A stretch of DNA of 64,000 nt from Paraspadella gotoi. Its lineage: Eukaryota; Animalia; Chaetognatha. Made by a program: the position numbers and the translations under genes. The notes below the pieces were generated by a model, which was given only the letters and a program-made list of their open reading frames with translations, was not told the DNA's origin and searched no databases. Positions 1 to 13,820 of this stretch are shown piece after piece (positions within the stretch are counted from its first letter, which is position 1; each line of letters starts with the position of its first letter). The stretch is taken from NCBI GenBank assembly GCA_051294375.1, contig CM119267.1, positions 25,366,882 to 25,430,881 on the forward strand. The letters run 5' to 3'.

Positions 1-2244
1 CTTCGTCTTTCTAAGGATCACAGAGGCGAAAATCGATCCAAGCGAATCTCCCCTATTCGTTTCGAGTCTACGAGTTCCGAGCGACGCAACGCCGGGGATC
101 TGCTGGACGATCGCGTCGAGGATCACGGCCCTCCCGGCGAAATGTCCAAACCAGGACGGGGACCCACGGACTTTACGAACAAATTGAAGGTGAGAGATCG
201 TTCATCTTTTGATTTTGATCATTTTATATTTATATATGAATTCCCTTTTCTCCTCGCAGTACATCTTCCGCGACGCTCGTTTCTTCCTCATGAAGTCGCA
301 CAACTTTGAAAACGTCTCGTTGGCGAAGGCGAAGGGCGTTTGGTCGACGCCGCCTCAGAACGAGTACAAGATCAACCAGGCGTTCGATCAATGCTCAAAC
401 GTCATCCTCATATTTTCCGTCAAAGAGAGCGGGAGGTTTCAGGTGATTCGAACTACGAACTCTGATTTATTTCGACGGAGACTCGGATCACGTATTGGGT
501 CTTGTTGACGCCTTCGTGGTTTCAAAGGACATTCGCTGGTTGCAGTTCGTACGCTCGTTTTTTGTGTACGTTTCTTGTGATCCTTTTAGCGTTGGTCCAA
601 CATTTTTGTCTCCGAAAATAAAAAAGAGACGAGATCTCTGCGAACGATTGAATAGTCGCTCAATTTGTTCGTCGTTCCCCTCGCCACAAAAAAAAAACAA
701 TAAATAAATAAAACATATCTAATTTTTCTTCAGTCAGTTCTTTGACCAAATAACGATCTTTCTTTATTTTTCTTTATCTTTTTTTATCATTTAACTCTCG
801 AAGGGTTACGCCCGCGTGGCAAGCGAATCGTCCCACTCCCTCGGCCCAGTCAACTGGGTCCTGCCCCCCGGCCTTAGTAGCAAAGCCCTAGGTGGAATAT
901 TTAAGATCGATTGGGTTTCGCGAAAAGATCTTTCTTTCAACGTCACCGCCCACTTGTACAACCGGTGGAATGACGGAAAGCCCGTCAAGATTGGGCGAGA
1001 CGGGCAGGAGATCGAGCCTATTACTGGTAATTCATTCGTTTTCCCTCTCGGTATCTTTTATGATTAAACTATGTGAAAATCACTAAAATAATTAAATTTT
1101 ATAAATAAAAGGGGATCAACTGTGTCGTCTCTTCCCCGCGGACGAGAACATCGACATCGCGGCCATCGCTCACAAGGCCAAAGTCAAGTACCGGTCCAAA
1201 CGCGACAACGCCGGCGACGAGGCGCTACGACAGGGACGAGGCGGCGAGCGACGGGACTCGAGGGGTGGCGGATCTCGTGGGAGGAACCGCTCCGCCTCGC
1301 CGCCAGGCGGGCCGCAAGCAGCGAAGAGACCGAGGAGAAGCGACGGCGACTACGACGGAAGGTTTTTTTTTGATCGCGGTGGAAAAAAAACAACTCATTT
1401 ACCGATTTAATGTAACTAAATTTAATTTAATTTAATTTAATTTCTTTTTTTATTTTCCCTCAGGTCCGGCGGATACGGTCGTCGCCGAATGGACGAGCCC
1501 GGCGGCGGACCTTCCTACTCTGATTACATGCGCACTTATCACACATCTAAGGGCGCCATGTTTCCGCCCGGTGCGCCGCCGATGTCCTACGGCTGGGGTG
1601 GAGGACCGTTCGAAGACGCTTCTAGGTCGGTAACAGAGAAACGCAATATTTTAATTAAAATGTTTAAACGTTTAAAATTAAGCGTTTCACATTTACTTGA
1701 TAAAATTATTTTTTGTTTAACCGTAATTTTTATATCTTTTGTATAAAGATCTGATCGTAGCTACGAAAAAGACGTGGAAGCGTTTCTCCGTCAAACTTCG
1801 AGTGGGCGCGGTTCTTCTTCCTCCCGTCGACCGAGCGATCGCGGTGGAAAGGAGCGAAGACGTGAGTTGAATCAGAGGAGGAAGAGGAGATGGGTTAGAT
1901 TCCATTCTCAATACAATCAAAATGAGATCGAGTTCATTAATCTCATTTGCATATAGTCGTGTTGACATTGAGTTGACAAATATTCTATATCGGCGTCATT
2001 GCAAGGTTTTATATCATAAATTCATTCTTGTCTTTAGTAAAGCAATTAATAATGTTTATTAATAAGAGATTTTGGTACATTTAGCAATATTAATTAATTA
2101 TACGCAGGCGGGTCGGGTTCTCCCGGGGCCGACGATCGAAGGAGAGAAAAAGACGGAAAAAGAAGAGAGCGTGAAGATGGGCGAAGCCGCGATGGAGATC
2201 GAGGGCGGAGCCGGAGAGATGAGGAAGATCGAAGGAGGCGATAA
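1..2244 (+). CDS. YTHDC1: YTH domain-containing protein 1 (nuclear m6A reader), 5' partial; exons <1-189, 260-442, 804-1026, 1112-1361, 1464-1625, 1749-1861, 2108-2244
   Basis: The spliced translation gives [71 protein letters not shown] and [13 protein letters not shown] (YTH domain), then [12 protein letters not shown] and an R/D/E-rich tail. Intron phases are consistent. Confidence 0.93.
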
Positions 2245-2998
2245 GATGCCGGTGTCGTCTCCTCTTTTACATTCTGCGATGAGCTCTCTCCGAATTCTTT
2301 TGCTTCTCGAGATGACATTTGTTCGTTTTTTTGTTGTTTTTTTTTGTTTGTTTTTTGTTTTTTGTTTTTTTGAGTCGAAACCATCGAATTTATTTCGTCT
2401 TTTCTTTGTGACTTTGGCATTCGAATTTTCGTTACCCTTGTACTATAATATCATTTCGTATTCATAAAAAAATTTAACTTGCTGCAGTCTCAAAAAAAGT
2501 ATAATCATTGTCCCTCATCTTTTTTTTCCTTTAAAAGTACGAATTTTGGTTGTTTTTTTATCACTCCAAGCGACTTTGATGAAAATTAATTTTGAGGATT
2601 GTTAAAACTTTATTGCTTGGTAATCATTTTTTTTTTTTAAATTTAAGCTAATATTTTTAAGCAATGTATTGTTAAATTAGCCTCTCAAAACAGCTCTAAA
2701 TATTTGTAACTGCACCTTCCCCCATATTAGTTTAATCAAGTTAAATGTCAACATTATTATGACGGATTTGGATTTATCCTAGCTTCAAATTTGAAAAAAA
2801 ATTTGCAAAATCGCATTTGTAATTTCTGGCGAAAGAGGCTGCTTTGCGAAAAGAAGGTAAGTTAGCATATTGCAAGCATTCCTTCTCAAATGAAGAAAGC
2901 ACAACTCATAATTTTCAGAGATCCCGCGGCCGAATTTTGAGATTTGGTTAAAATCGATTAGAAGATTCGGACAAATAAAACGCGAAGATTTTTTTGAA

Positions 2999-5900
2999 AT
3001 GGTGACCAAGCAACAGCAGCAGCAGCAGCAGCAGCACCAAGAGTCGGATGGCAACGGCGGCGCTATGGGCAGTATGGGCAGTATGGGCATGAGCGGGCAA
3101 ACTGGACCAGGGTCCGGTGGCCCCACTGGTCCTCCCAGAACCCAGTCACAGGTAAGGTTTACTCATTTTATTTTTTTAACCATCGCGTATTGATATTCGA
3201 TATTTTTCCCCCTCCAAGTACTCCATTCCGGGCATCCTTCATTTTCTACAACACGAATGGGCAAGATTTGAAATGGAGCGTTCTCAGTGGGATGTCGAGC
3301 GTGCCGAACTTCAGGCACGCATCGCCTTCCTTCAAGGGGAACGCAAAGGCCAGGAAAATCTCAAGCAAGACTTAGTCCGACGCATAAAGATGTTGGAACA
3401 CGCCCTCAAGCAGGAACGGGCCAAGCTGCATAAACTCAAGTACGGCGTCGACCTAAACCAAGAGGAGTTGAAGCCTCCAACCTTCGAGTCTCCGACCGAG
3501 GATAACGTTGACAATCACGATCGAAACAACTCTAACTTGTCGTGGCGACAAGGCCGCAAGTTGCTTCGCCAGTACCTCGAGGAAATCGGCTACACCGATA
3601 CCATCATCGACGTCCGCTCTCAACGAGTCCGATCTTTTCTCGGACTCCAGGGACGAGACAATGACAACGAATCCGGCGTCGCTTCCGGTGAAGTCGTTAA
3701 CGGAAACTCCAACCTTCTTCCTCAACAGACTGGAAGGAGAGACGTGGAGAGGCAGCAGGGCGGCCAGGGAAAGGTAATGGGATTTGGGAAAAGCGGTCAA
3801 ACCGATTCGTTGCAGTCTTTAGATGATCTTCGTCATGAAATAGTCTCCATCACATTAACTCGTTTTTGCAGATGGCGTTGGAAAACCAAGAGGAGGCCGT
3901 TCTCGCCACATTCGACTTTCTTCCCGGTGACATGGATGACGAGGGCGACATGTCTGACGAAGACGAAGGCTCCGACGGAGACGTAGAATCGGAAGATTCC
4001 ATTTTGAGTAAGTCTACGCCATAGGATATTTTTGTGTGGTTTTTCATAATTCTATATGTACACAAAATGGTGTCACTTTAAAGTCTTTTAACATTAAACT
4101 GAAGGATATTTCTTCAAATTTACGTCTCAGGTCACAATTTAAATGTGAAGCGAAAAATTCCGGGGATGATGGAAAATGAGTCGCCCATGGAGGATGATTT
4201 GGGTAAGAGACGAAGACTTCAATCTCGCTTTTATTTTGCGACTTCATAACTTTGTTAAATTTGTATATGAAATTGGTACAACAAATATAAAAATTATATT
4301 ATTATATTATGAAATTGGTACAACCAATATAAAAATTATCCATTCATTTAATAAATAAGCTATCTTGCCCCTGACTTTGGACAGGCTTTGGTGGTTTAAG
4401 GCCTCCATCACTCTTACAAGATAATGACATAGCAGGTCCCTGCAAGCTTTCAATCAAGACTCTCTCACAGTCTCGTTTATTCACTATCAATGAAGTGGTA
4501 TAATATTTCAAAGAATGTTTCAATTGTATGAAAATTATTGTATTATATTATATTTCAGAGGAAGAATCAGCCTTAGCAGAATTCGATTTCCTGACGTCGG
4601 AAACTGGAAGCGGCGAAGGACATAGCGATCGTCCCGATGACGCCGGGTGGTCTCCGACCGGTTTAGGAGGAGTACTTCATCCTTATTCGGGAATTAGGCA
4701 GAATTACCAACAGGTATCTTATCAACGATTGTTTTGAGCGTTTATTTTTAGATTTTTTCTGTCAGTTTTTAATGCATTTTTACAGACCAGCGTTGCTACG
4801 AATGAAACAGAAGCCGGACTGGATATTGGAGAGTTGTCAGAGGTAACTGTAATTAGTTAGTTATAAACTTTAATATATCGTGGCAGCAATATAGAATAAT
4901 ATTGAGTTTTTATTCGTTTGACTTATAGATTACCATTCAAAATGAACCCTCGGCAACGAATGCTTCTGGATCAGCGGGAGCTCCGTTCCGGAAAACCTGG
5001 TCTCCTAAATACACGTTAAGAAGTCATTTTGATTCTGTTCGATCGCTTTGCTTTCATCCCTCAGAACCGGTCCTTATCACAGGTGACTTAAAACGGGTCG
5101 AAATTGTAACGAAGCACTATTTTTAAAAACAACTCAATTTTTTGAATCGCAGCCAGTGAAGATCATACGTTAAAGCTTTGGAATCTTCAAAAGACTGTCC
5201 CAGCCAAGAAATCGACTGCTTTGGATGTCGAGCCAATTTACACTTTCCGCGCGCATTCTGGTCCAGTACTGGCTCTCGCCATCCATCCCAGCGGCAGCCA
5301 CGCTTACAGGTCTTTCACTGAATTAATTAATGTTCTATTTCTAATATCTGTTTTTCCTCTTTAACAAATATTTTATTGTGCAATGCATCTTTTCATACGA
5401 AAATGTTTGAATATTTTATCCTATTCAACAATTTTTTTTGGAATCATCTTGTTCTTTAATCTTTATTCAGTGGAGGATATGATTCCTCCATTCGCGTTTG
5501 GAATATCCCTTCGCCAAACATGGATCCTTATGATGCATTTGAACCTTCTGTAAGTCATGGGCTTGATTTGTAGTTAGTATTTCATGTTGTAAATCTTTGT
5601 AATCAAGTCACTATTTTGAAAGTGTAAATAATATTTTGAAAGAAAAAAAATAATAATTCTAAGTTTATTTACTTTTGATGACAGTTATTAAAAAAATTTT
5701 GTGATAACTTCCTTTTTTTTTGCGTTTGGGATATAAGGAAAAAGTTTAAATTGTGATGCAGCAATGTGTTTATTTATTTATAAACGGACATGTTTCGGTT
5801 CGATTTACGAACCTTTTTCAGCGCAATTAGAGATTCAATGATAGTTGTGAAATATTGAAGAGAGAGAGGGTAAAGTTTTCCAACACAGAGTTGAGAAAGG

Positions 5901-8900
5901 ACAGTGGTCAAATATGTGAGGACTCAAGACAGGTTAAGTTAGGGATAGAGATATTGAATTTTTGTGAAGGTAAAGTGAAATGGTGAAAAAATAATAACAA
6001 TAATAAGATGGGCGGAGACCTTTGTGCAGGCAATGGGCAAATGATGCCTCTCCTTCAAATGTAGCAACTCATGGAGAGGAGTCCGCACTTCCCGCTGCAA
6101 AATCAGCGAGAATGGACAGCCGCCCGCCTTGCCAGCAGCCGAGAAGAGGACAGTCGGCAGGCGTACCAGGCCAGAGAGACATTCGAGTAGCCTTAGGAAT
6201 CTTCCCTCAAGGAAGCCTTCCAAGTCCCGCACACATAAGCTTGACGACACTGTCATTTCAGCCACTGACACACCAATGACCCGACATCATCGCTATGACC
6301 CTTCATTTGCAAAAAACAAAGGTGGCCAGCTCATTTTGAGCTCTATCTTAAATTCTTATACTTTCACTTTACTAAAACTTAGCTATCCCTTAGAAACTAA
6401 TCTTTTAAAAATTTCATTTTCTATTTTTCTCCTTAAACTATTTCAAACTCACTAATTTAACCTAATTTATTAGTAGTTAATTGTTATTACTTAAGCCTAC
6501 ACTATTTTTACTATTTGTACATTACATAATGTATTATATCTTTCTCCCTCTCTTTCTTTTTCACCATTTCACTTTACCTTCACAAAAATTCAATAACTCT
6601 GTCCCTAACTTAACCTGTCCTCACATATTTGACCACTGTCCTTTCTCAACTCTGTGTTGGAAAACTTTGCCCTCTCTCTCTCTCTCTCAATATTTCACAA
6701 CTGTCATTGAATCTCTAATTGCGCTGAAGAAGGTTCGTAAATCGAACCGAAACATGTCTGTTTATAAATAAATAAACTCGTTGCTGCATCACAATTTAAA
6801 CTTTTTTCTTATTAAAAAATTTCTAAATTTTTTTTTGTTAAAGTGAAATTTGAATGAAATTTATTTATGCACATTGTTTATTTTTTGCAGGTTTTAGCCG
6901 CAACCTTGGTTGGCCACACGGACGCTATTTGGGACCTAGCTGCTTGGCAAGGAGCAGTGTCTGGATCGGGAATGAGTGGAGGTCCCATCGTTCATCGGGA
7001 CCACCTTTTGTCTGTGTCCGCAGATGGAACAGTTAAATTGTGGGATCCTTTAGCACAGGTTTGTTGAAAGGACCAGGAACTAAGCAATAAAGTTAGGCAA
7101 TTGCTTTACAACTCTCCATTCTTGCAGGATCCTCTTTTAAACACTTTCGGTGTGAATTCTGATCACAATTCATTCCCAACTTCGGTCGACTTTATTCGCG
7201 GAGGAAGTGGTCAAATGGTGGTGGGTCTTGTCAACGCTGCTGCTGCCATCTACGACCTCGAAACTGCAAAACCCGTCGTCACTCTTGAGTCCAGGTGCCT
7301 CAATTTTGTGACAATTATGGTCGATTTTTTATCGTCGCAATCGCTTAGCATTTGCGAAGATATTGTAACGCTTTTGCGCATAAGTGGCGTAGTCGTCGTC
7401 GTCGTCATTCCAAATTATTGGTCGCCTTTTTTATGATTAAATTTGGGTGTATGAAGCTGAAAATTTATATACAGCTTCTCATCCTCGATGTGCTTAAAAT
7501 TGAGTCTGGACAGTTATTAAATATGTTTTGTTTACGTTTTATCAAAACAAACAAATTTTCTCTCTTTTATTTTCATATTTCTTTCTCTCTCTCCTTTTTT
7601 TTTTAATTACATGTCTCTCTCCCTCTCTCTTTTCCTAGTCACTGATTCATAGGAAAAAAAAACGAGTCTGCATCTGGCTCTGCAGGGGTTTATTCTTTTT
7701 CTCTCTTTTTTCCTGCTGCTTCTGCTGCTGCATTTTGATTTCTTTCTCTGCAGCTGACTCTGCAGGGGCTCTTTCTTTTTCTCTCTTTTCTCCTGCTGCT
7801 GCTGCTTTTTGATTTCTTTCTTTTTTTTCTTTTTCTTTCTCTGCGTTTTTATTTAAATAAAAATTGAATTAAGATTGAACATAAAATTAGGCATCGCATT
7901 CATGCATGTTATCATTTTGCTATCTCAACATCGGGTTTTTATTCCGGTTTTTTGTTTTCAAGGCCTGGGTCTGCTGATCAGTTTATTTTTTGACAATGAA
8001 ATTGTTTTTTTGTTTTTTTCACAAACTATAACTTTAATTTTCCTCGGTAGTTTCTGTTTATAAATAAATATTTTTTTCTCAAATCGCAGAATATAATTTT
8101 TCTTTCTGTTTATAAAGAAATATTCTTTTCTCAAATTTAATTTTTTTAGTTTCAAAATTTGTCGTCAATCCAGATTTTTCTTATGCGATTGCGACGATCC
8201 TTATGCTTTTAAGATTTTTTTTTCTTGTTAAACTTTGCGTGTTTCTGTGTTGGGCCGCGCGATTTCGATCGCAAAAAGCAAGCTTCTTCCCTGCGGTCGT
8301 GGATTGGCGTGCCTTGACCAATCGACGACGAGAGTTTTCGCCCGCTGGCGATCCTCATAAAATCCCCTCCAACACGAGGCTTAACTGAGACGCTTTGATC
8401 TTGCCCCTTGGAACGGCCTACCGTTTCCAAAACCTGCGTTCTATTATATTTGCCAATGTTTTACCTTAGCGATTGCGACGATATGTAAAATCTTGTCAAC
8501 GACGTAAAATTCGTGCATCAGACAAGCATTTGCGACGATATTGTAACACTTTTGCGCATAAGTGGCGTCGTCGGCGTTCCAAAATATAGATCGCCTTTTT
8601 TATGATTAAATTTGGGTGTATGAAGCAGTTATTAAATATGTTTTGTTTACGTTTTATCAAAACAAACAAATTTTCTCCCTCTTTTTTCCATAGTCACTGA
8701 TTCATAATCATAGGGGGAAAAAACGAGTTTGCAGCTGGCTCTGCAGGGGCTTATTTTTTTTCTCTCTTTTCTCTTGCTGCTTCTGCTGCTGCCTTTTGAG
8801 TCTGCAGCTGGCTCTGCAGGGGCTATATCTTTTTCTCTCTTTTCTCCTGCTGCTTCTGCCTTTTGATTTCTTTTTTTTTTCTGGGTGCTTCTGCTGCTGA

Positions 8901-9858
8901 AAATGATTTGGCTTCTTTCTTTCTCTCTCTCTCTCTCTCTCTCTGATTAATTTTTTCCCTCTCAAAACTTTTATTATCGCCATTTATTCCCAAATTTACA
9001 TCCTAGATTTTCTTTATTTTTTTTATTTTTCTCAAATTGGATTTTTTTAGTATCAAAATTTGTCGTCAATCCAGATTTTTCTTATGCAATTGCGACGATT
9101 CTTATGCTTTTAAGATTTTTTTCTATCTTGCTTTCAACCTGGTTTCATCCTGATTTTATTTCTCGACTTAGTGCCTTTTATTTGATGCAAATTATAATAA
9201 TTTCACTAACATTAGGACTCTTAGCCGAAAATTTAGGTTCTAGTCAGCGCAAGATGAAACATTGTGCCTTTCGGGCACAAGCTGGTCTTTATGAGGTTTA
9301 TCTTTTTATTATTTTTTTGCTCGCGATGCAGAACGACGTCGGACGACTCGGTTCAAACACAAATCAACAAAATTATCTCGCATCCTTCTCTACCAGTCAC
9401 AATCACTGGTAGGTTTCATGGCGAAATTTATAGAATTTTATTATTTGTATTATATTGTAATATATCAATTTCTTCTTCAGCCCACGAGGATCGCCACATC
9501 CGTTTCTTCGACAACGGAAGCGGGAAAATGATTCACTCGATGGTGGCGCATCTCGACGCCGTCACCTCGTTGGCCGTCGACCCCAACGGACTCTACCTTC
9601 TTAGCGGATCACACGACTGTTCAATCCGACTCTGGAATTTGGATTCCAAGACGTGTGTACAGGTCAGTTAAAAAGAAAGAGAGAGAGAAAAAGAGAGAAT
9701 GGCACAGAATCAGAGCAGACTGATATTCTTTTTCTCCCTAGGAAATAACCTCTCATCGAAAGAAGTTCGACGAGTCCATCTTCAGCGTCGCGTTTCACCC
9801 ATCGAAGCCGTTCATCGCCTCCGCGGGGGCGGATGCTCTCGCCAAAGTCTTCGTGTGA
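2999..9858 (+). CDS. STRN: Striatin family protein (STRN3/Cka-like), 14 exons: 2999-3151, 3219-3773, 3872-4007, 4131-4202, 4559-4713, 4786-4842, 4929-5082, 5153-5309, 5471-5549, 6891-7058, 7148-7294, 9332-9408, 9481-9662, 9742-9858
   Basis: YSIPGILHFLQHEWARFEMERSQWDVERAELQARIAFLQGERKGQENLK coiled coil, LLRQYLEEIGY, WD40 repeats (RKTWSPKYTLRSHFD, AHLDAVTSLAVDPNGLYLLSGSHDCSIRLW) and C-terminus ASAGADALAKVFV*. Confidence 0.96.
4270..4530 (-). mobile_element. 5'-truncated retroposon (SINE or LINE 3' end) family; other copies at 30668-30803(+), 36585-36630, 38205-38530, 38531-38625, 57633-57680
   Basis: Copies share one end (ggataatttttatattggttgtaccaatttca followed by a TA-rich tail) and differ in length at the other end. 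Confidence 0.65.
5784..5824 (-). ncRNA. Minimal type I hammerhead ribozyme motif, core variant CUGAAAA
   Basis: The minus strand reads GCG CUGAAAA A GGUUCG UAAAU CGAACC GAAA CAUG UC CGU. Confidence 0.6.
6721..6761 (+). ncRNA. Minimal type I hammerhead ribozyme
   Basis: GCG CUGAAGA A GGUUCG UAAAU CGAACC GAAA CAUG UC UGU: intact core, perfect 6-bp stem II, palindromic ACAUGU stem III and a GUC cleavage triplet. Confidence 0.8.
7329..8220 (+). mobile_element. Helentron-type non-autonomous element (HINE/DINE-like), family A; related copies at 8525-9120, 31205-31859, 49935-50687, 59767-59930 and minus-strand pieces at ~39955-40400
   Basis: Subterminal inverted repeat ATCGTCGCAATCGC / GCGATTGCGACGAT, a 5' hairpin, a (GTC)n microsatellite, internal ctgctgct repeats and T-rich flanks. 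Confidence 0.7.
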
Positions 9859-10993
9859 AGAAACGGTCTCACTGTCTCCTCAGTCGCGATTCACTTTAGA
9901 TGTGGCCATTTTAAGAAAGAATATATTCTACAACATCGTGAACTAATACTTCCATTCCTATTTGGCTTGGCATTGCCGTTGAAACACCATCCCAAAACCT
10001 TTATTTATTTGTCAATAGGCATTTGTATTTGTGCTCGTGTAATTAATTAACTGCTTGCCAGATGTTGAGCGAAGCGACGTTTTTTTTCTTTAGAAATTTT
10101 TTTAAAAAATTTATTGCGAGACTTTTGACTTTCGTCTTCGAAGAAACTAGTCTTTGTTAAATAATGTCTCATTTTTTTTCTGTTTTTTTTTTCTCGTCCA
10201 ATTTTGCTCTTTATTCCCTCTTACATATTGTCGCCATGAATTCCAAAGTTTGAATAACTAATCGTGGAGGAAAATGCAACGTACCCTTTGCCAATCTATT
10301 GCTTCCTTTTAACCCAGCAGTACTGAGCTACATCGACGGTTATTTAAATAATAATTAGCTTGATCGTTAAACGAAATTATCAACTTGTGGTATAAAACCG
10401 CAAAACTTTTATAAGCAACTCTTAAATAAAACGCCTTTTAAAATAAAGCAGTCTTTTTTATGAATTAAAAAGTATTTTACGGCTAACGACAATAGAATAT
10501 TGTTTTCCTTCGTATTAAATTTTTTTTAAAGAAAGAAGTTTTCATAGGTTTTTTAAAATATAGATGAGGTATTGCTATAAAAATTGTAAAATGAAGTGAG
10601 TTTAAGGAGATGGTCATCAAGGACATCCAGGACATGCGAAGTTCACAACATCCGAACTGATTGTGTTCTCTGAATAGAACGTGTGGGACAACAGAACGGG
10701 ACAACTGTAACGTTCTTGTCAAATCCATGAGTTACTAGTAACTAACGTAAGGTGATTGTGCTTCTCAACTCCTTTTTTTCGTCCTCTTGTTATAATTTTT
10801 TGTGGTTTCTCTGTAACTCTCGCGGTTTCTGAGAAGAGGAGTAGAGAAGGCATTAACGCAACCGTAACATCTCTCCAAATTTTCAGACTTCTTCTTTGTT
10901 TTCCTGCTTTAATAGTTGAAACAGCTTCAATTCTTTAAATTCTAATTTTTTTCCTCCTTCGATTTAGGCAGAAATTTGATTCAATTTTCCAAT

Positions 10994-13331
10994 ATGAAAA
11001 CTTTGCTTCTTTCTGCCTTATTGACCGTCCTCGTTGTGGGCGGATTACAAGCGTCGCCATTAGTCAACTCTACGACGCCCGTGATCATCTGGCACGGGAT
11101 GGGCGACTCTTGTTGCAATCCGATGAGCATGGGCTCAATTAAAAGTTTTCTCGAAAAGTCGGGTAAACGGAGATAGAGATACGCATACCCTTTTCAAATG
11201 AATTAATTCCAATGTATTATTACAAATGTATTAATTCTGCAATGCTTCGTTGATATTCAATACAGAAGGCTTCATATTATAAAATGTGGTACCCCTTTTT
11301 TGTGACCAGAACACGTTCCGAGAAAACTACTGAATAGAATTTAATGAAATTTTGCATGTGGAGAACCAGTAGTGATACAAATGGAACTATCGAGGCAAAT
11401 TTTTACATTCCACCCCTAAGCTGAGATAAGAGGGGGCAGCCCCTGAGGGCCACAAATGGTCAAAAAATTTTTTCAAATTTTTAATTATTTTTGCTTTAAA
11501 CAGTTGCACAGAAGTTTACTCTTCCACAAAAACATATTTATTACCTCAAAAATATTCATTTACCTTAATTTTTAGCTTCATGAACATCAGCAGTTAAAGT
11601 CAGATTTGGAATAATTTTGGAAAATTGAAAGTAAAACGATGAATCATGCATCTTCAACTATGCTTAATTATTGCAAATTTATCAATTTTAGTTCTAAAAT
11701 GTTTTTTTCTTATGTTTAAGACGTCAATGCACCTGATGCAACTAAAAGAATTTGAAAAAAAAAAAAAATTAATATTTTTTTGGCCCCCCAGGGGTCCACC
11801 CCCAGGGCCCTGTATCTCTTGTCAGGGGTTGAATTTCAAAATTCGCCTCGATAGTTCCATTTATATAGTCATTAGCACTCTAATGTAAAATTTCATTAAA
11901 TTCGATTGGGTAGTTTGGTGGGAACAGATTCTGGTCTTTTATAATATGAAGCCTTCTGTATTTTTTGTCCAATCAGTTCCGGAAATTTACGTTCGCTCAT
12001 TGATGATTGGTAGTAACGTCCTTGAAGATACAGAAAACGGTTTCTTTAAGAATGTCAACGAACAAATTGAACAAGTTTGCCAAAAGCTGAAGAATGACAC
12101 CAGACTCAAGGTGACCCTCTAGATTCAAACGGGTCAACAGTGATAGATTTAGCTTCTGTACTAGAATTCCCAAATGGGGTAGGGGGGAGGGTCGATTTTA
12201 ATGATTGATCGCCACAGTGGACATTAGAGTCGATTCTCAATTTCCGTTTTGACACAGGGCGGCTACCACGCCATGGGATTTTCACAAGGAGGCCAGTTTC
12301 TTCGTGCCCTGGCACAGCGATGCCCTTATCCCCCTATGAAGAATTTGATATCCATCGGCGGTCAGCATCAAGGGGTTTATGGTCTTCCTCACTGCCCCGG
12401 AAAAAGCAGCATCTGCAACTTGGTCAGGGAATTGTTGAACCGTGGGGCATACGTGTCTTGGATTCAGGTATATAGGGAAAAAAGCATTGGCAAAATTGTA
12501 CATTCACTGTTTAAGATTTCCCAGTCCGTGATTTTTTTTTCGCTTTTAATGAATAATATATAAAAATTTTATTACGAAATAAAAAGAAAAAGGAATACTG
12601 TTAAGTATTCAGAAACTATTTTAAAAACCAACCTTAACCTTAACCATTCATAACCCTAACCTTCTCTAACCTTAACTAACCTTAACCACCCTTAACCATA
12701 GCTACCTTTCAGCAACTATCATCAACTTTCATCACTAACCCCTAACTAGAAATAACTATCCCTAATGACCCGTAATCCCTAACCTAAAAAAAGTAATGAT
12801 ATATGCGAGTAAATCAATAGCCAACTGGGAAGGTTCCAGGCTTCCAGCCGGCGAAAGTAAATTAGTGCCCAAGGGTTTATAAGTTAGCGAACGTGAGATG
12901 TCGCCGTCGATGAGATGATGACCGAGGAATGACTTCTTCAGGATTACTTGGTTCAAGCCGAATACTGGCACGACCCCATCCAATGGAAATTATATCGAGA
13001 GAAAAGCGTCTTCTTGGCCGACGTGAATCAGGAGCGAACCTTCAACGCTGCCTACAAGACAAATTTGATGAAGCTGGACAATTTCGTGATGGTCAAGTTT
13101 CTCCGAGACACGATGGTCGTTCCCAAAGAGTCCGAGTGGTTCGGATTCTATAAGGATGGCCAGGCGGGGGAAATGGAGACTCTCCAGCAGAGCGCCCTAT
13201 ACCAGAAAGACTTGCTGGGGCTGCGGGAGATGGACAAACTAGGGAAACTGCATTTTCTTTCCGTCGATGCCGATCATTTGAGAATCAGCGATGAGTTTCT
13301 CAAAATGTTGATCTCCAAATTCATCGTCTAA
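10994..13331 (+). CDS. PPT1: Palmitoyl-protein thioesterase 1; exons 10994-11162, 11977-12110, 12258-12467, 12942-13331
   Basis: Signal peptide, [62 protein letters not shown] and SEWFGFY. Confidence 0.96.
11261..11960. mobile_element. Tc1/mariner-type MITE in PPT1 intron 1
   Basis: TIR TACAGAAGGCTTCATATTATAAAA at both ends with TA flanks; a sister copy lies at 25685-26645. Confidence 0.85.
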
Positions 13332-13820
13332 ATGTCCATTTACCTTACTTTTTTTCGGCGCCCATCCCTTTGTATTTTTTAGTCATTAAAAACTCATTAT
13401 TGACTAAAAGTCAACAACAAATTAGCCAATTTAAAAGTATGATTCGTTTTGTTGTTTTCTTGTTTTACTCTTTGATTTAAAGAGTTTTTTCACCGATTGA
13501 ACAATGAACATTGAACAATACCATTGGTGTCTTTCTCTGGGTATTTAATTTTTTCTTTTTCTATTTTTTTTTCTTTTTTTTTATCATTTGTGTTATTGAT
13601 GTCCTTCTCTCGATGCACCTTTAAATTACAATTCTAATATTTAATTTCTCTGAAATGGTTTTTTGATATAATCCTTTTCCCCCAGGTAATCTAAGTATGG
13701 AAGCTGCTTTTCCTTCGTTTCTCTCAACGCTAAATTAAGCGCAGGAATTCGCTAAACCGAGTTACGGTTGACAACCACAACTACAACAACAACCAAAAAC
13801 TAGAAATATCAGAAAAAGCG

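Larger units (their letters stand above)
5733..6812. mobile_element. Fold-back element with ~255-bp inverted arms (5733-5990 and 6556-6812); Penelope-like inverted pseudo-LTR remnant in a striatin intron
   Basis: The arms are near-identical reverse complements. Each carries a hammerhead motif followed by AATAAA. Confidence 0.8.

Noticed and set aside
12625-12790. Interstitial telomere (TAACC/TAACCC-like)
   Set aside because: Short and highly degenerate; more likely a simple repeat.
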